From positions 32,001-96,000 of the forward strand of contig JBBRPR010000024.1 in assembly GCA_038227875.1 (NCBI GenBank): a stretch of 64,000 bases of DNA, read 5' to 3'. Every line of letters starts with the position of its first letter. The first letter of the stretch is position 1. Under the pieces are notes generated by a model that saw only the letters and a program-made list of their open reading frames with translations, did no database searches and was not told the origin of the DNA. This document shows, piece by piece, positions 48,655 through 60,522 of the stretch. The translations under genes and the position numbers were made by a program. The stretch comes from Planctomycetota bacterium (GTDB lineage Bacteria > Planctomycetota > SZUA-567 > H5-PLA8).

Positions 48655-50721
48655 ATGAAAAAAGATTCAGTCGATGCCTCGCGGGAAATCCTCCCGCGCC
48701 ACGGTCCGTCGTCCGTGCCGGCTGACTCCAATCTGATCCCGGCCGAATCCGAGTTCTCGCATACGCTCTACCATAACGACCTCAGTGCGCTGGCCGCCGG
48801 CCCGCTCACGGGGTCGGATTTGCATTTGCCCGTGCTTCATCCCTCCTGGGGAGCCGGCACCTTTCGCGTGATCGAACGCGGCATGGGCAAGTACATCGAG
48901 ACCGTCGGCGGCAGCTCGCAATGCACCGACCGCCTGCTGGTCACCGGCGATACGGCCTGGCGCGATTACCGCCTGCGCGCCGTGATTACGCCCATCTCAT
49001 TCGAAGAAGGCAGTCCCGGCGGAAGCCTCTGCGGGATCGTCGCACGCTACAAAAATCCCCACGATTACATCGCGCTGATTCTCGATGCCGACGGCCAGGT
49101 GAAATTGCTGCTGCGCCGCCGCCACGGGTTTGATGTACTCGACGCCCGGCCGCTGGAATTCTGCCTCGGCCAGTCGCTTTCGCTGACCTTGCGCGTCCAC
49201 GGCGGGCGCGTGCACGGCACGGCCGGTCCGTACACGGGCGCGACGCATGTGTACGGCAACATTAATCACGGTTCAGTGAGTGGCTGCGGCCGGGTCGGCA
49301 TGATCGCCGATGTGCCCGCGCGCTTTGGTCCGTTCACGGTCGAATGCACGCCTGCTGAAGCCGAGCGGATAGCCGAAGAGAAGAAGCAAGCGGCCGCCGC
49401 GATCGTGATCAAGCGCAAACGCGTTCCCGGCATGAAGCTGGAACGCACCGTACCGTTGCAGGGCCTGGTGAGCGGAAAAAATCTGCGCATCGCCGATGTC
49501 AACGGCGACGGCAAGCCCGAGATCATTCTCGGCCAGCATTCCGATTCAGTAGCGTCGCGCTACAGCATGACGCGGCTGACCTGCCTGTCCGTGCTGGATC
49601 TGGAGGGCAAGCTGCTCTGGCAATCGGGGATTCCCGATGCGGCCGCGCCGCGCCACAAGTCTGATCTCCCGTTTCAGATTCACGATCTGTTCGGCGACGG
49701 CGGCAACGTGGTCGTCTGCGTACACGGCTACGATGTCCAGATCCGCGACGGGCGCAGCGGTAAACTGCTCTTCAGCGGTGAGACACCGGAGACGGCGGCC
49801 GTCGGATTGGACTTCCGCGAACTGACCTCGAACTTCGGCAAGCCGTGGGGCGATGAGACGCTGAACATGGACGTCGCGTCGCTGGCCTTCTGCAACACGC
49901 TGGGAAATTCAGGCGCTCGGGAAATCCTGGTGAAGGACGATTTTCACCATCTCGCCGTGCTCGATCTCGGCTTTCAGCAGCTCTTCAAGCACCGCGGCAA
50001 TCACGGCCACACGGTCTGGGCCTGCGATCTCGACGGCGACGGCAAGGACGAAATCGCCGCCGGCTTCTCGCTGCTCGACGACGACGGCAAGCGCCTCTGG
50101 TCGCTGCCGCGCGGCGGTTTTCCGGCGTGCGTCGCGATCGCCGATCTGCTCAACCCGAGCGGTGAAAAGCGCCGCCTGTTTGCTGCCGCCGGCGACGCGG
50201 GACTCTACGCCGTCTATGCCACGCCGCAGCGCCCAGCCGGCGATGATCCGGCGCGCATCGGCAACAGTCCGGCGTCGCACATCAGTATCGCCAAATTCCG
50301 CGCCGATCTTCCCGGCCTGCAACTGGCGACCGTCGGCGAAGGCGGCTTGGTCGCCCTTTACGACGCGACGCTCAAGCGGCTCTGGTCGAAGGACATCGCG
50401 GGAATCGACACGTCCAGCGTGCCGGTCAATTGGGTGGGCGGCAGTGAAGAACTGCTCCATTGCGACGGCGCCTTGTTCGACGGTCACGGCGATCGCGTGG
50501 GGGAAATTCCCGGCGCGTCGGCGACGCCGTTCACAGACGTGACGCCGGCGTTCGGCACCGATGGCCGCGACGCCATCGCGGCATGGAACGAACAGACGCT
50601 CTCGATATATGTGCCTGACGACACGCTGGCTGCAGCCGCATATAAACCATCGCGACCGACGATCCGTTGTAGCTCGCACCACGCCGCGCGCATCAGTTTG
50701 CCGCCGGAATGGACCTCGTAA
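48655..50721 (+). CDS. beta-sandwich plus FG-GAP/PL11 rhamnogalacturonan-lyase-like beta-propeller protein
   Basis: GDTAWRDY..GIVARY; DVNGDGKPEI, DLPFQIHD, GHTVWACDLDGDGKDEI, FRADLPGLQ; no signal peptide. Confidence 0.65.
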   Translation: MKKDSVDASREILPRHGPSSVPADSNLIPAESEFSHTLYHNDLSALAAGPLTGSDLHLPVLHPSWGAGTFRVIERGMGKYIETVGGSSQCTDRLLVTGDTAWRDYRLRAVITPISFEEGSPGGSLCGIVARYKNPHDYIALILDADGQVKLLLRRRHGFDVLDARPLEFCLGQSLSLTLRVHGGRVHGTAGPYTGATHVYGNINHGSVSGCGRVGMIADVPARFGPFTVECTPAEAERIAEEKKQAAAAIVIKRKRVPGMKLERTVPLQGLVSGKNLRIADVNGDGKPEIILGQHSDSVASRYSMTRLTCLSVLDLEGKLLWQSGIPDAAAPRHKSDLPFQIHDLFGDGGNVVVCVHGYDVQIRDGRSGKLLFSGETPETAAVGLDFRELTSNFGKPWGDETLNMDVASLAFCNTLGNSGAREILVKDDFHHLAVLDLGFQQLFKHRGNHGHTVWACDLDGDGKDEIAAGFSLLDDDGKRLWSLPRGGFPACVAIADLLNPSGEKRRLFAAAGDAGLYAVYATPQRPAGDDPARIGNSPASHISIAKFRADLPGLQLATVGEGGLVALYDATLKRLWSKDIAGIDTSSVPVNWVGGSEELLHCDGALFDGHGDRVGEIPGASATPFTDVTPAFGTDGRDAIAAWNEQTLSIYVPDDTLAAAAYKPSRPTIRCSSHHAARISLPPEWTS

Positions 50722-51099
50722 AAAATCACACCGGTGCGTCGTCGCACCCTATGAAAATGCGATAAAACCCGCCGCTTGAAATTCCCAGAAGTGACACGCG
50801 AACGCTTTCGCGTCGCACGGTTTTTCGTGCGCTAAAAACAATCTGCTTTGGCCCGTGTTTCGTATCGTGTTTATTCGTCGAAAACAGACTCGCATCGTTT
50901 CAGCAAGAGCTTCCCAACCTTCACGAGTGCAACTGCAGATGAGTGACAAAACAGAGTACTCCTGCCGTGAATTGGAAGCACCAACTGATACGTCTGTTCG
51001 AAAAACGAACGCAACCTTTTTCCGCAGCTCCGCGGAGATGAATAGCGGAGCACTCCGTTCCGTCCGTGTTGGACCCGCAGTCACAAATATGGAATTTGA

Positions 51100-53421
<2,322 letters not shown>

Positions 53422-53458
53422 GAACGTTCGATGAATTAGGAGTGATGAATACCGACGT

Positions 53459-53492
53459 GCGAAAGTCCTGAGCGTGTGCTCAGGACTTTCGC
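53459..53492. terminator. bidirectional hairpin between convergent genes
   Basis: GCGAAAGTCCTGAGC-GTGT-GCTCAGGACTTTCGC. Confidence 0.75.
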
Positions 53493-53555
53493 GTTAGTAA
53501 CACAATTTCGTGTGTCTCTCGCACTCCCAAGAGCTAACAGCCAAGAGCCCCGCCA

Positions 53556-54380
53556 TTATCTTCCGATGGCTTGTTCGGCGAAGGCCAGCAGGTTGCGGTA
53601 AATCTGATTCGTGTGTTCCCAGCCGTGCAGGGACGCGTCGCGCACCGCGGCCCAACTGGCCTGCGGATGGCCATCCCAGAGGAATCCGGCCATGGCCATG
53701 AAGACCGCGACATTCGCCAGGTAAATCAGGACCAGCGAGAAGAGCCAGCCATCGGGTTTCAGGTCCGGCTGATCGCGGCGCAGACTCCAGAGCGTAAAGC
53801 CGAGGTGGAAAGCGTAGAAGAATCCCAGTACCGCACCGAGAATGTGAAAGTAGCTTCGCAACGGAAACCACCACGCGTCGACGGCCAGGTACGCGCCCGC
53901 GGCGATCAGCACGTAGAACGGCACGCAGTACGGCGCGAGCCGGATGAAGGTGTTTGATTTGGTCGTGGTGACCTGGCCACCCGAGGCCGATGCGGAAAGA
54001 TTCGAGACTTTGCCCAGGCACATCCAGGTCGCGAAGGCGTGGATCAGTTCGTGGCCGAAAACGTAGAGTACCACGGGCCGCCAGAGCAGAATGGCGAACG
54101 CGGCGAAAGCGATGATGCCGCCGCTGAACCATTTCAGCATTGTACCGGGGCCGAAGACCGCGAAGTTCACGCGCGTCCACATGGTTGAAAAATGGTCGTG
54201 AGCGCCGAGCGTAAACCCGATGCAGGCGGGAATGAGCGCCAGCGCGAGCACAAACTTGATCACGCGCAGGATCAGGCTGCTGCTGCCGGCCGACGCGGCG
54301 GCGGGTGCTCCGGCGTTCGGACGTTGAGCTGGCGCACCCGCATTGAGCGGACGCATGGCTGTTTCGGTGGCTGCCCCCAT
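53556..54380 (-). CDS. M50B-like intramembrane metallopeptidase
   Basis: YVFGHELIHA, GGQV, FIRLAPY, Q.DL; multiple TMs. Confidence 0.75.
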   Translation of the reverse strand: MGAATETAMRPLNAGAPAQRPNAGAPAAASAGSSSLILRVIKFVLALALIPACIGFTLGAHDHFSTMWTRVNFAVFGPGTMLKWFSGGIIAFAAFAILLWRPVVLYVFGHELIHAFATWMCLGKVSNLSASASGGQVTTTKSNTFIRLAPYCVPFYVLIAAGAYLAVDAWWFPLRSYFHILGAVLGFFYAFHLGFTLWSLRRDQPDLKPDGWLFSLVLIYLANVAVFMAMAGFLWDGHPQASWAAVRDASLHGWEHTNQIYRNLLAFAEQAIGR

Positions 54381-54491
54381 GTTACGGGTATCGGCTATTT
54401 GCCGCTTGCGCTTGAGGCGAACAGAGTATTGTAAGCAATCATTTTGCCGCGTACCGACATCGTTGATAGATGCCTGGAGCTAAATCATCCT

Positions 54492-55691
54492 ATGCGCGTC
54501 CTGATCTATTCTGTCTCCGCCGGCGCTGGCCACATTCGAGCCGCTGAAGCCATCGCCACCGCCTTCAAACGCTTTCATCCGGATGTCGAAGTCGAGCACG
54601 TCGACGTGATGAAGCTGGTCCCCGACGCGTTCAAAAAGGCGTACGCCGATACCTACCTTAAAGTGGTGAACTCGCTGCCGAACGTCTGGGGCTGGCTCTA
54701 CGCCAAGGCCGACAAAGTCCCGCCGACGTCGGCGCTGGTCAGCGTCCGCAAGTACGTGCAGCGGCTGAACACGAGGGACATTCTGGCGCACGCTGCCGAA
54801 CGCCAGCCCGACGTGATTCTGGCGACGCATTTTCTGCCCGCAGAGATTTTCTCCGACCTGACCAAGCGCAAGCGTGCCTTCAAAGCCGAATCCGTGCCAC
54901 CGCCGAAGCTCGCCGTCGTCATCACCGACCACGACGTCCACCAGCTCTGGATTCATCCCAACGTCGACCGTTACTACACGGCCTCCGACGAGATCACTCA
55001 TCTTCTCGCCGAACGGACCGAGCCCGGACAGCCGATCCTCACGACCGGAATTCCGTGCAGCCCGGAATTCGGAGAACTGATCGACCAGCCCGCACGCGAA
55101 CGGCTGCGCAAGATGATGGGCCTGGCCGATGCGCCGTCCCCGACACTGCTGTTGAACGCGCACGGTTGCGGCGTCAACGGCGCCGGAGCCGCCAAGTCAC
55201 TGGGCGGCGTCGTCTCCAGCGTGCTGAAACAGGGCGGCCCCAAGACGGTCCTGGTGATCTGCGGCCGCAACGCGAATATTCAAGAAGCGCTCACCGCCGC
55301 GATCCAGGTTCCGCCCGGCTGCGTGGTGAAGATGTATGGCTTCGTCAACAACATGCATGAGCTGATGGGCATCGCCGATCTCATCACGACCAAGCCCGGT
55401 GGACTGACGACCAGCGAATGCCTGGCGCGCTGCCTGCCGATGGTGCTGGTCTCGCCGATTCCCGGACAGGAAGAACGGAACGCGGAAATGCTGCTCGAAC
55501 AGGGCTGCGCGGTCCTCGCGCGCACGCCCTCGGCGCTGGCCTACAAGCTCGGCGCGCTGCTCAACGATCCTACGCGCCTCAACCGCATGCGCGAAAACTG
55601 CCGCCGCACCGGCCACCCCACGGCCGCCGCGGACATCGCCGCGGATGTCGTCCATTTCTTCAAGAAAAACGGGACTGCGGTGAAGGTGTAA
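54492..55691 (+). CDS. MGDG synthase/UgtP-like diacylglycerol glycosyltransferase (GT28)
   Basis: SAGAGHIRAAEA, THFLP, VITDHDVH..W, TGIP, TKPGGLTTSE, PIPGQEERNA. Confidence 0.92.
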   Translation: MRVLIYSVSAGAGHIRAAEAIATAFKRFHPDVEVEHVDVMKLVPDAFKKAYADTYLKVVNSLPNVWGWLYAKADKVPPTSALVSVRKYVQRLNTRDILAHAAERQPDVILATHFLPAEIFSDLTKRKRAFKAESVPPPKLAVVITDHDVHQLWIHPNVDRYYTASDEITHLLAERTEPGQPILTTGIPCSPEFGELIDQPARERLRKMMGLADAPSPTLLLNAHGCGVNGAGAAKSLGGVVSSVLKQGGPKTVLVICGRNANIQEALTAAIQVPPGCVVKMYGFVNNMHELMGIADLITTKPGGLTTSECLARCLPMVLVSPIPGQEERNAEMLLEQGCAVLARTPSALAYKLGALLNDPTRLNRMRENCRRTGHPTAAADIAADVVHFFKKNGTAVKV

Positions 55692-55698
55692 AACGCGA

Positions 55699-55858
55699 TT
55701 GTGTGTCAAGGAGCAAGCGGCCGTATGCTTGCTCCTTGCTCAGCGCTTGTCCTTGCAAGAAACCATGATGGTTCGATTAACAATTCAAGCCGCTTGCGCG
55801 TGAGTGGCGATCGTCTCAGCAAGGAGCAAGCATACAGCCGCTTGCTCCTTGACACACA
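55699..55858. repeat. REP family B inverted doublet
   Basis: TTGTGTGTCAAGGAGCAAGCGGCCGTATGCTTGCTCCTTGCTCAGCGC (identical over 48 nt to 13162-13209) plus an inverted copy at 55818-55858. Confidence 0.92.
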
Positions 55859-55890
55859 GACACGCAAACGGGACGCGCGCGATTCGGCGT

Positions 55891-57915
55891 CTATCGATTA
55901 TTAAACGCGGGAATCGCGAGCGTCGTCAGCGTGGTCATCGACTGTGCGGGCAGATCGAGTTCGACTTTGCCGTCGTGAACCTCCAGCGGCGTCAGCTCCT
56001 TGAATAAATCCTCGCGCGTGGTGTGCACGATATTCAGCTTTTGAATCTGCGCCGGAATTCCCGTGATCACAAGTTTTCGCGCCCAGAGCTGGTTGCCGAG
56101 ATGGAGCGTGTAACCGCGCGCATCGTCGCCGTGCTTCGGATGCCGGAAGGCGCTGACGGCGATGCCCTGCCGATCGCTGGAAAACGAAACCGCATCGCTG
56201 CCCGCTGGAGTCAGGTCGCAGAACTGCTTCTGAAAACAGAGCCGAGGCGTGATCAGCCAGCGGCCGCCTTTTTCCGGCTCGCGTTCCTTGTCGTGGATCA
56301 ACAGTGAGTAATCGTCGGTGAACTCCCAGAATAAAATCGCCTGCGGCTTGGCGTACTGGAGCAGCCGCTGATACTGCACCATCTCGCGGACGCCGTAGTC
56401 GAAATTCTGAAAGCGCCCGTCCTTCCACGCGAACGGATCGACGCCGGCTTCGGTGACGTAAAGCGGCAGCTTCAGTTTATCGGCGAGCGCCGGCCAGGCG
56501 CTGTAATCGGCCGGTGACGCGTTGCCCCACGAATGAACCGCCAGCGCGGCCGTGGCCTTCACGGCGTCGGATTCATGCGCGACGGAGTCGGCAAAATCGA
56601 GCGTCTGCTGCCGCGGGTTGGAGAGATCGCCGAGCAGTAACTTCGTCTTTAGACCCAGGCGGTGAATTTCATCGTTGAGTTTTTTGAGCAGCGTCGCGTG
56701 CTCGCTGGGACTGAATTTCACTTTGATGCCGAGGTCCGGCTCGTTGAACGAAAAGTAATCCGGTTCCGCCTGGTACTTCTCTTTCGCGTAGAGCAGGTAG
56801 GTTGTGATGCACTCCAGCACCTCCGGCAGCATCTCCGGCTTGAAGTGATTGCCATCGCCATCGGCGTTCTTCTTCGGCGCGTCGTACATCCACCCGGGCA
56901 GCGACCAGACTGAGGCCACATACGGAATCTTGCGCTGAGACAGCTCCCGCATCAGCGCGAACTCGCGGCGCAGGCGGGTCTCGGGTTGGTCGCGGTCCAT
57001 CAACGCTTTCCAATCGGTCTTGGCCGGATCGTCGTTGTCGTTCACCGGCTCCCATTCGTTGAGCGACGCGCAGGTGCGGGCCATGGCGAGGTTCAGATTC
57101 TCCAGCGTGTAGCGCGCCACGGGCGATTCGATCTGGAACGCATAGTTGCCACCGAAGCCGATGAACGGGTAGCGGACATCGTCGGCCTTCAACGCGGCGT
57201 GCGCGGTATCGTCGGTGACGCCGGCGGGCTCAATCGTGATCTGCATGCTGGTGCTGTCGGTTTTGTCGAGCGTCCCGGGATGGAGCATCACGAACGCCGA
57301 AAAGTTTTCGCCATACTGGCGCTGATCCTTGATCAGGATCCACGTGGGCCGGCTGAGCGTCACGGTGGCCCACATTTTCGAGGCGCTGTCGACGAACATG
57401 AAATGGCTGGAGTAAACCTGCGCCAGTTGCGTGTTCAACGGCGTTCCCACGGGCAGTTCGCCCTCGCGCCGTCCGACGGTGTAGGCTCCGCCGGCGAACT
57501 GATCTTCGGGGACGTCGATCCAGAAAAAGACACCTTCAATATCGGTGAGCGTCCGCGACGTGACCTTCACGTCGAACGTGAGCTTGTCCTTGGCCGAGGT
57601 GATTTTCTGTTCGACGTCGTAATTCAAACCGGTGGCATTGGATAAACTGGGTTTCCACGTGCGCTCACCGGTCGACAGTTTTTCGCCGAGTTTCGAGCTG
57701 TTGGCGAGCGAGACGTAATCCTTCCAATCGACGCTGGGGATGCGCAGGTCGGTCTGGATATCCAGCCAACCCTGGCCCAGGCCAATGCGCTTGAGGCGGC
57801 CGTAGGCGTCGATATCGGTCTCTTCCGCGCGACTGGAGACAGAGGAGGCGGCGAGCAACCCGAGAACGATCAGCGCCTGGAATCCGAGATGTGAGAATCG
57901 ATAATGTGGTGCCAT
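55891..57915 (-). CDS. secreted clan GH-A glycoside hydrolase (GH30-like)
   Basis: Signal peptide; GFGG, ASVWSLPGWM, FNEPD, AVHSW, YVTEAG; C-terminal LPAQSMTTL. Confidence 0.8.
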   Translation of the reverse strand: MAPHYRFSHLGFQALIVLGLLAASSVSSRAEETDIDAYGRLKRIGLGQGWLDIQTDLRIPSVDWKDYVSLANSSKLGEKLSTGERTWKPSLSNATGLNYDVEQKITSAKDKLTFDVKVTSRTLTDIEGVFFWIDVPEDQFAGGAYTVGRREGELPVGTPLNTQLAQVYSSHFMFVDSASKMWATVTLSRPTWILIKDQRQYGENFSAFVMLHPGTLDKTDSTSMQITIEPAGVTDDTAHAALKADDVRYPFIGFGGNYAFQIESPVARYTLENLNLAMARTCASLNEWEPVNDNDDPAKTDWKALMDRDQPETRLRREFALMRELSQRKIPYVASVWSLPGWMYDAPKKNADGDGNHFKPEMLPEVLECITTYLLYAKEKYQAEPDYFSFNEPDLGIKVKFSPSEHATLLKKLNDEIHRLGLKTKLLLGDLSNPRQQTLDFADSVAHESDAVKATAALAVHSWGNASPADYSAWPALADKLKLPLYVTEAGVDPFAWKDGRFQNFDYGVREMVQYQRLLQYAKPQAILFWEFTDDYSLLIHDKEREPEKGGRWLITPRLCFQKQFCDLTPAGSDAVSFSSDRQGIAVSAFRHPKHGDDARGYTLHLGNQLWARKLVITGIPAQIQKLNIVHTTREDLFKELTPLEVHDGKVELDLPAQSMTTLTTLAIPAFNNR

Positions 57916-58096
57916 GAGTTCCGCGCGAGTCCGAGCTCCCTCTATTGAATACTAACCGTTAGCTGCACGGTGAGGCGTAGAGATTTCAGCAAAATTCGGC
58001 CAAAATGGAGCTCTTCTCCGTAGAATTCGAGAAGCAGCGGCGTCCTTATGGTATAACGGTGACGTGGATTGCTGTTGAGTGAAGTGCTGACGAGGC

Positions 58097-59605
58097 ATGG
58101 ACATGCGGCGGTTTGGACTGGGGATCTTGATACTCGCGGCGCTCTGCGCGCGGATGGCGCCAGCCCACGCGATGCTCGCGATGTCCGATCCCGATGACGA
58201 AACGTTGAAGAAGCCCGCGCCGCTGCCGGAAGGCGCGTCGTTCGAGACCGGCCCCGATCCGAAACTCGTCCGCGTTGTCGTCTCGCCCGACGCCAAAACC
58301 ATCGCGACGCTGACGATCCTGGGCAAAGTCACGCTCTGGAATGCGGCCAGCGGCAAGGAAGTCTCGAACTTCAACGCCGCCGATATTGAAACCCACGGCA
58401 TCGACTTCGCCCCCGACGGCAAAACGCTGTTCACGGGAAGTTCGGACCTGATCATCAAGCAATGGGATGTTGAGACCGGCAAGTCGATCAAGGAATTCAA
58501 AGGCCACGACGGCGAAATCAAAACCGTCGTCGCCTCACCCGACGGCGCGCACATTGCCAGCGCCGACAACGCGGGCACGATCAAGATCTGGGACATCAAG
58601 ACCGGTGACATCGTTCACTCGATGACCGGCCACGGCGACAATCTTCCCGCGGGTATGGCAACGCCGACGATCGACTGCATGAACTGGTCGCCCGACGGCC
58701 GCGTGCTGGTGACGGAAGCCAACGACGAAACCGCGCGACTGTGGGATGCCATCGGCGGGAAGGAACTCCACGTGCTGCCGCAGCACGACGGATCCGTGGC
58801 GGCCGTCGCGATATCGCCGAACAACCGCGTCGGCGTGTCGACGCGCGGGCGGCAGACTTCCGGAACCTCGCACTTGAGAGTCTGGGACGTGGCGACAGGA
58901 AAAATCCTGCGCATCATCAACGGACATCAGGACGACATCACCTGCCTTGGCTTCGCGCCCGACGGCCGGACGGTCTTCTCCGGCGCGCGCGATCGCACGG
59001 TGCGGCAGTGGGATGTCGATTCCGGCGTCGAAATCCGCCGCTTCCGCCTGACCAGCATTCCCGCGAATCTCGCCGCGTCGGCCGACGGCCAGTACCTGGC
59101 CGTGGTTGCGCCGCGCGAAGGCCTGATGAGTTTCAGTCTCTCCGTGGCGCCGGTGACACAGAGCAAGGATCCCTGCAAGACCACCGACGAAGCGTGGAAC
59201 AAACTCGCCAATCCGGATTACGACGTGCGCAGTGTGGGATTCAATTATTTTCTGAAAGCGCTGCCGCCGCAGCAGGCCGTGACGGAACTCCTGCGTCGCG
59301 CGCATGCCATTCCGGCGGCCAATGGCGTCGACGAAAATGCTCAACATAGGGAACTGATCGCGCGCCTGGATGACGATAACTATTCCGTACGCCTGAACGC
59401 GTTTGACGAATTGCGGGAGCTCGGCGGTGCGGTGCGCGCGGAGCTCTCCGAAGCGGTCAAGAGCCCCTCGACGGAAGTCCGGGCGCGCGCGGCGGAACTG
59501 CTGAGCGCCATCGGCGGTCCGTTTGATGCGCGGGAAGTGCTGGTGACGGAGTTGCTCCGCACGCTGGGCACGCCGGAAGCCAGAGCGGCGCTGGAAAAGA
59601 GATAA
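58097..59605 (+). CDS. secreted WD40-repeat protein with C-terminal HEAT repeats
   Basis: GH...SPDG..IAS...IKIWD repeats; LDDDNYSVR, SPSTEVRARA. Confidence 0.92.
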   Translation: MDMRRFGLGILILAALCARMAPAHAMLAMSDPDDETLKKPAPLPEGASFETGPDPKLVRVVVSPDAKTIATLTILGKVTLWNAASGKEVSNFNAADIETHGIDFAPDGKTLFTGSSDLIIKQWDVETGKSIKEFKGHDGEIKTVVASPDGAHIASADNAGTIKIWDIKTGDIVHSMTGHGDNLPAGMATPTIDCMNWSPDGRVLVTEANDETARLWDAIGGKELHVLPQHDGSVAAVAISPNNRVGVSTRGRQTSGTSHLRVWDVATGKILRIINGHQDDITCLGFAPDGRTVFSGARDRTVRQWDVDSGVEIRRFRLTSIPANLAASADGQYLAVVAPREGLMSFSLSVAPVTQSKDPCKTTDEAWNKLANPDYDVRSVGFNYFLKALPPQQAVTELLRRAHAIPAANGVDENAQHRELIARLDDDNYSVRLNAFDELRELGGAVRAELSEAVKSPSTEVRARAAELLSAIGGPFDAREVLVTELLRTLGTPEARAALEKR

Positions 59606-59613
59606 CCTTCAAC

Positions 59614-60522
59614 ATGCCGCGCAAGCTCAGCATTCTGATTCCCGTCTTCAACGAAGAGAGCAATCTCCCGGCCTGCCTGGAATCGGTCCGCGAGATCGCC
59701 GACGAGATTTTCGTCGTCGACAGTTTCTCCACCGACAAGACCGTGGAGATTGCGAAGCAGGCCGGCGCGCGGGTGGTTCAGCACGAGTACGTGAATTCCG
59801 CCGCTCAGAAAAATTGGGCGATCCCGCAGTGCGTCAACGAGTGGGTCTTCATCATCGACGCCGACGAACGGATGCGCGATGACCTGCGCGCGGAAATCCG
59901 CGCGCTGCTGGCGCTCCCCGACGGTCCGCCGCTCGACGGTTACTTCGTAGTGCGCCGAAATTTCTTCCTCGGCGGCGAGATCAAGCACGGCGGTTGGGAG
60001 ACCAACGACGTCCAGCGCCTCTTCCGCCGCGACATGGGTCGCTATGCCGAGCGCGATGTCCATGCCGACGTCGCCGTCCGCAACGCCGATGGCTCGCCCG
60101 CGCGCTCTGGACGTTTGAAGACCAAGCTCGATCACATCACCTGCGCGCCGGACGGCTTGAACCGCTACTTCCAGCGCTTCAACCGCTACACGACGCAGGC
60201 GGCCGAACGTTACCACCGCGAAGGGCGCAAGCCGTACCTCTGGAATTTCTTCCTCCATCCCGGCTGGGAATTTTTCAAGATGTACATTCTCAAGCTCGGC
60301 TTTCTCGACGGCATTCCGGGCCTCGCCGTCTGCAGCTTCTGCGCTTTCACGCGCTTCGTCCGCTACATGAAATTGTTTGCGCGACTGCAACAGGGTCTGC
60401 CGCCGCCGAAGGCGTTCGATCAAGGCACCACGACGTCCCGCGAGATTGATGGTGAAAAAGACACGCGCAACCGCAAGGACGACAGCGGCACGTCCCGCTC
60501 AAGCATGGGAGCGACGATTTGA
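59614..60522 (+). CDS. GT2 glycosyltransferase (WaaE/KdtX-like LPS core glucosyltransferase)
   Basis: NEESNLPACLESV, VVDSFSTDKT, AQKNWA, EWVFIIDADER, GFLDG..GL. Confidence 0.88.
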   Translation: MPRKLSILIPVFNEESNLPACLESVREIADEIFVVDSFSTDKTVEIAKQAGARVVQHEYVNSAAQKNWAIPQCVNEWVFIIDADERMRDDLRAEIRALLALPDGPPLDGYFVVRRNFFLGGEIKHGGWETNDVQRLFRRDMGRYAERDVHADVAVRNADGSPARSGRLKTKLDHITCAPDGLNRYFQRFNRYTTQAAERYHREGRKPYLWNFFLHPGWEFFKMYILKLGFLDGIPGLAVCSFCAFTRFVRYMKLFARLQQGLPPPKAFDQGTTTSREIDGEKDTRNRKDDSGTSRSSMGATI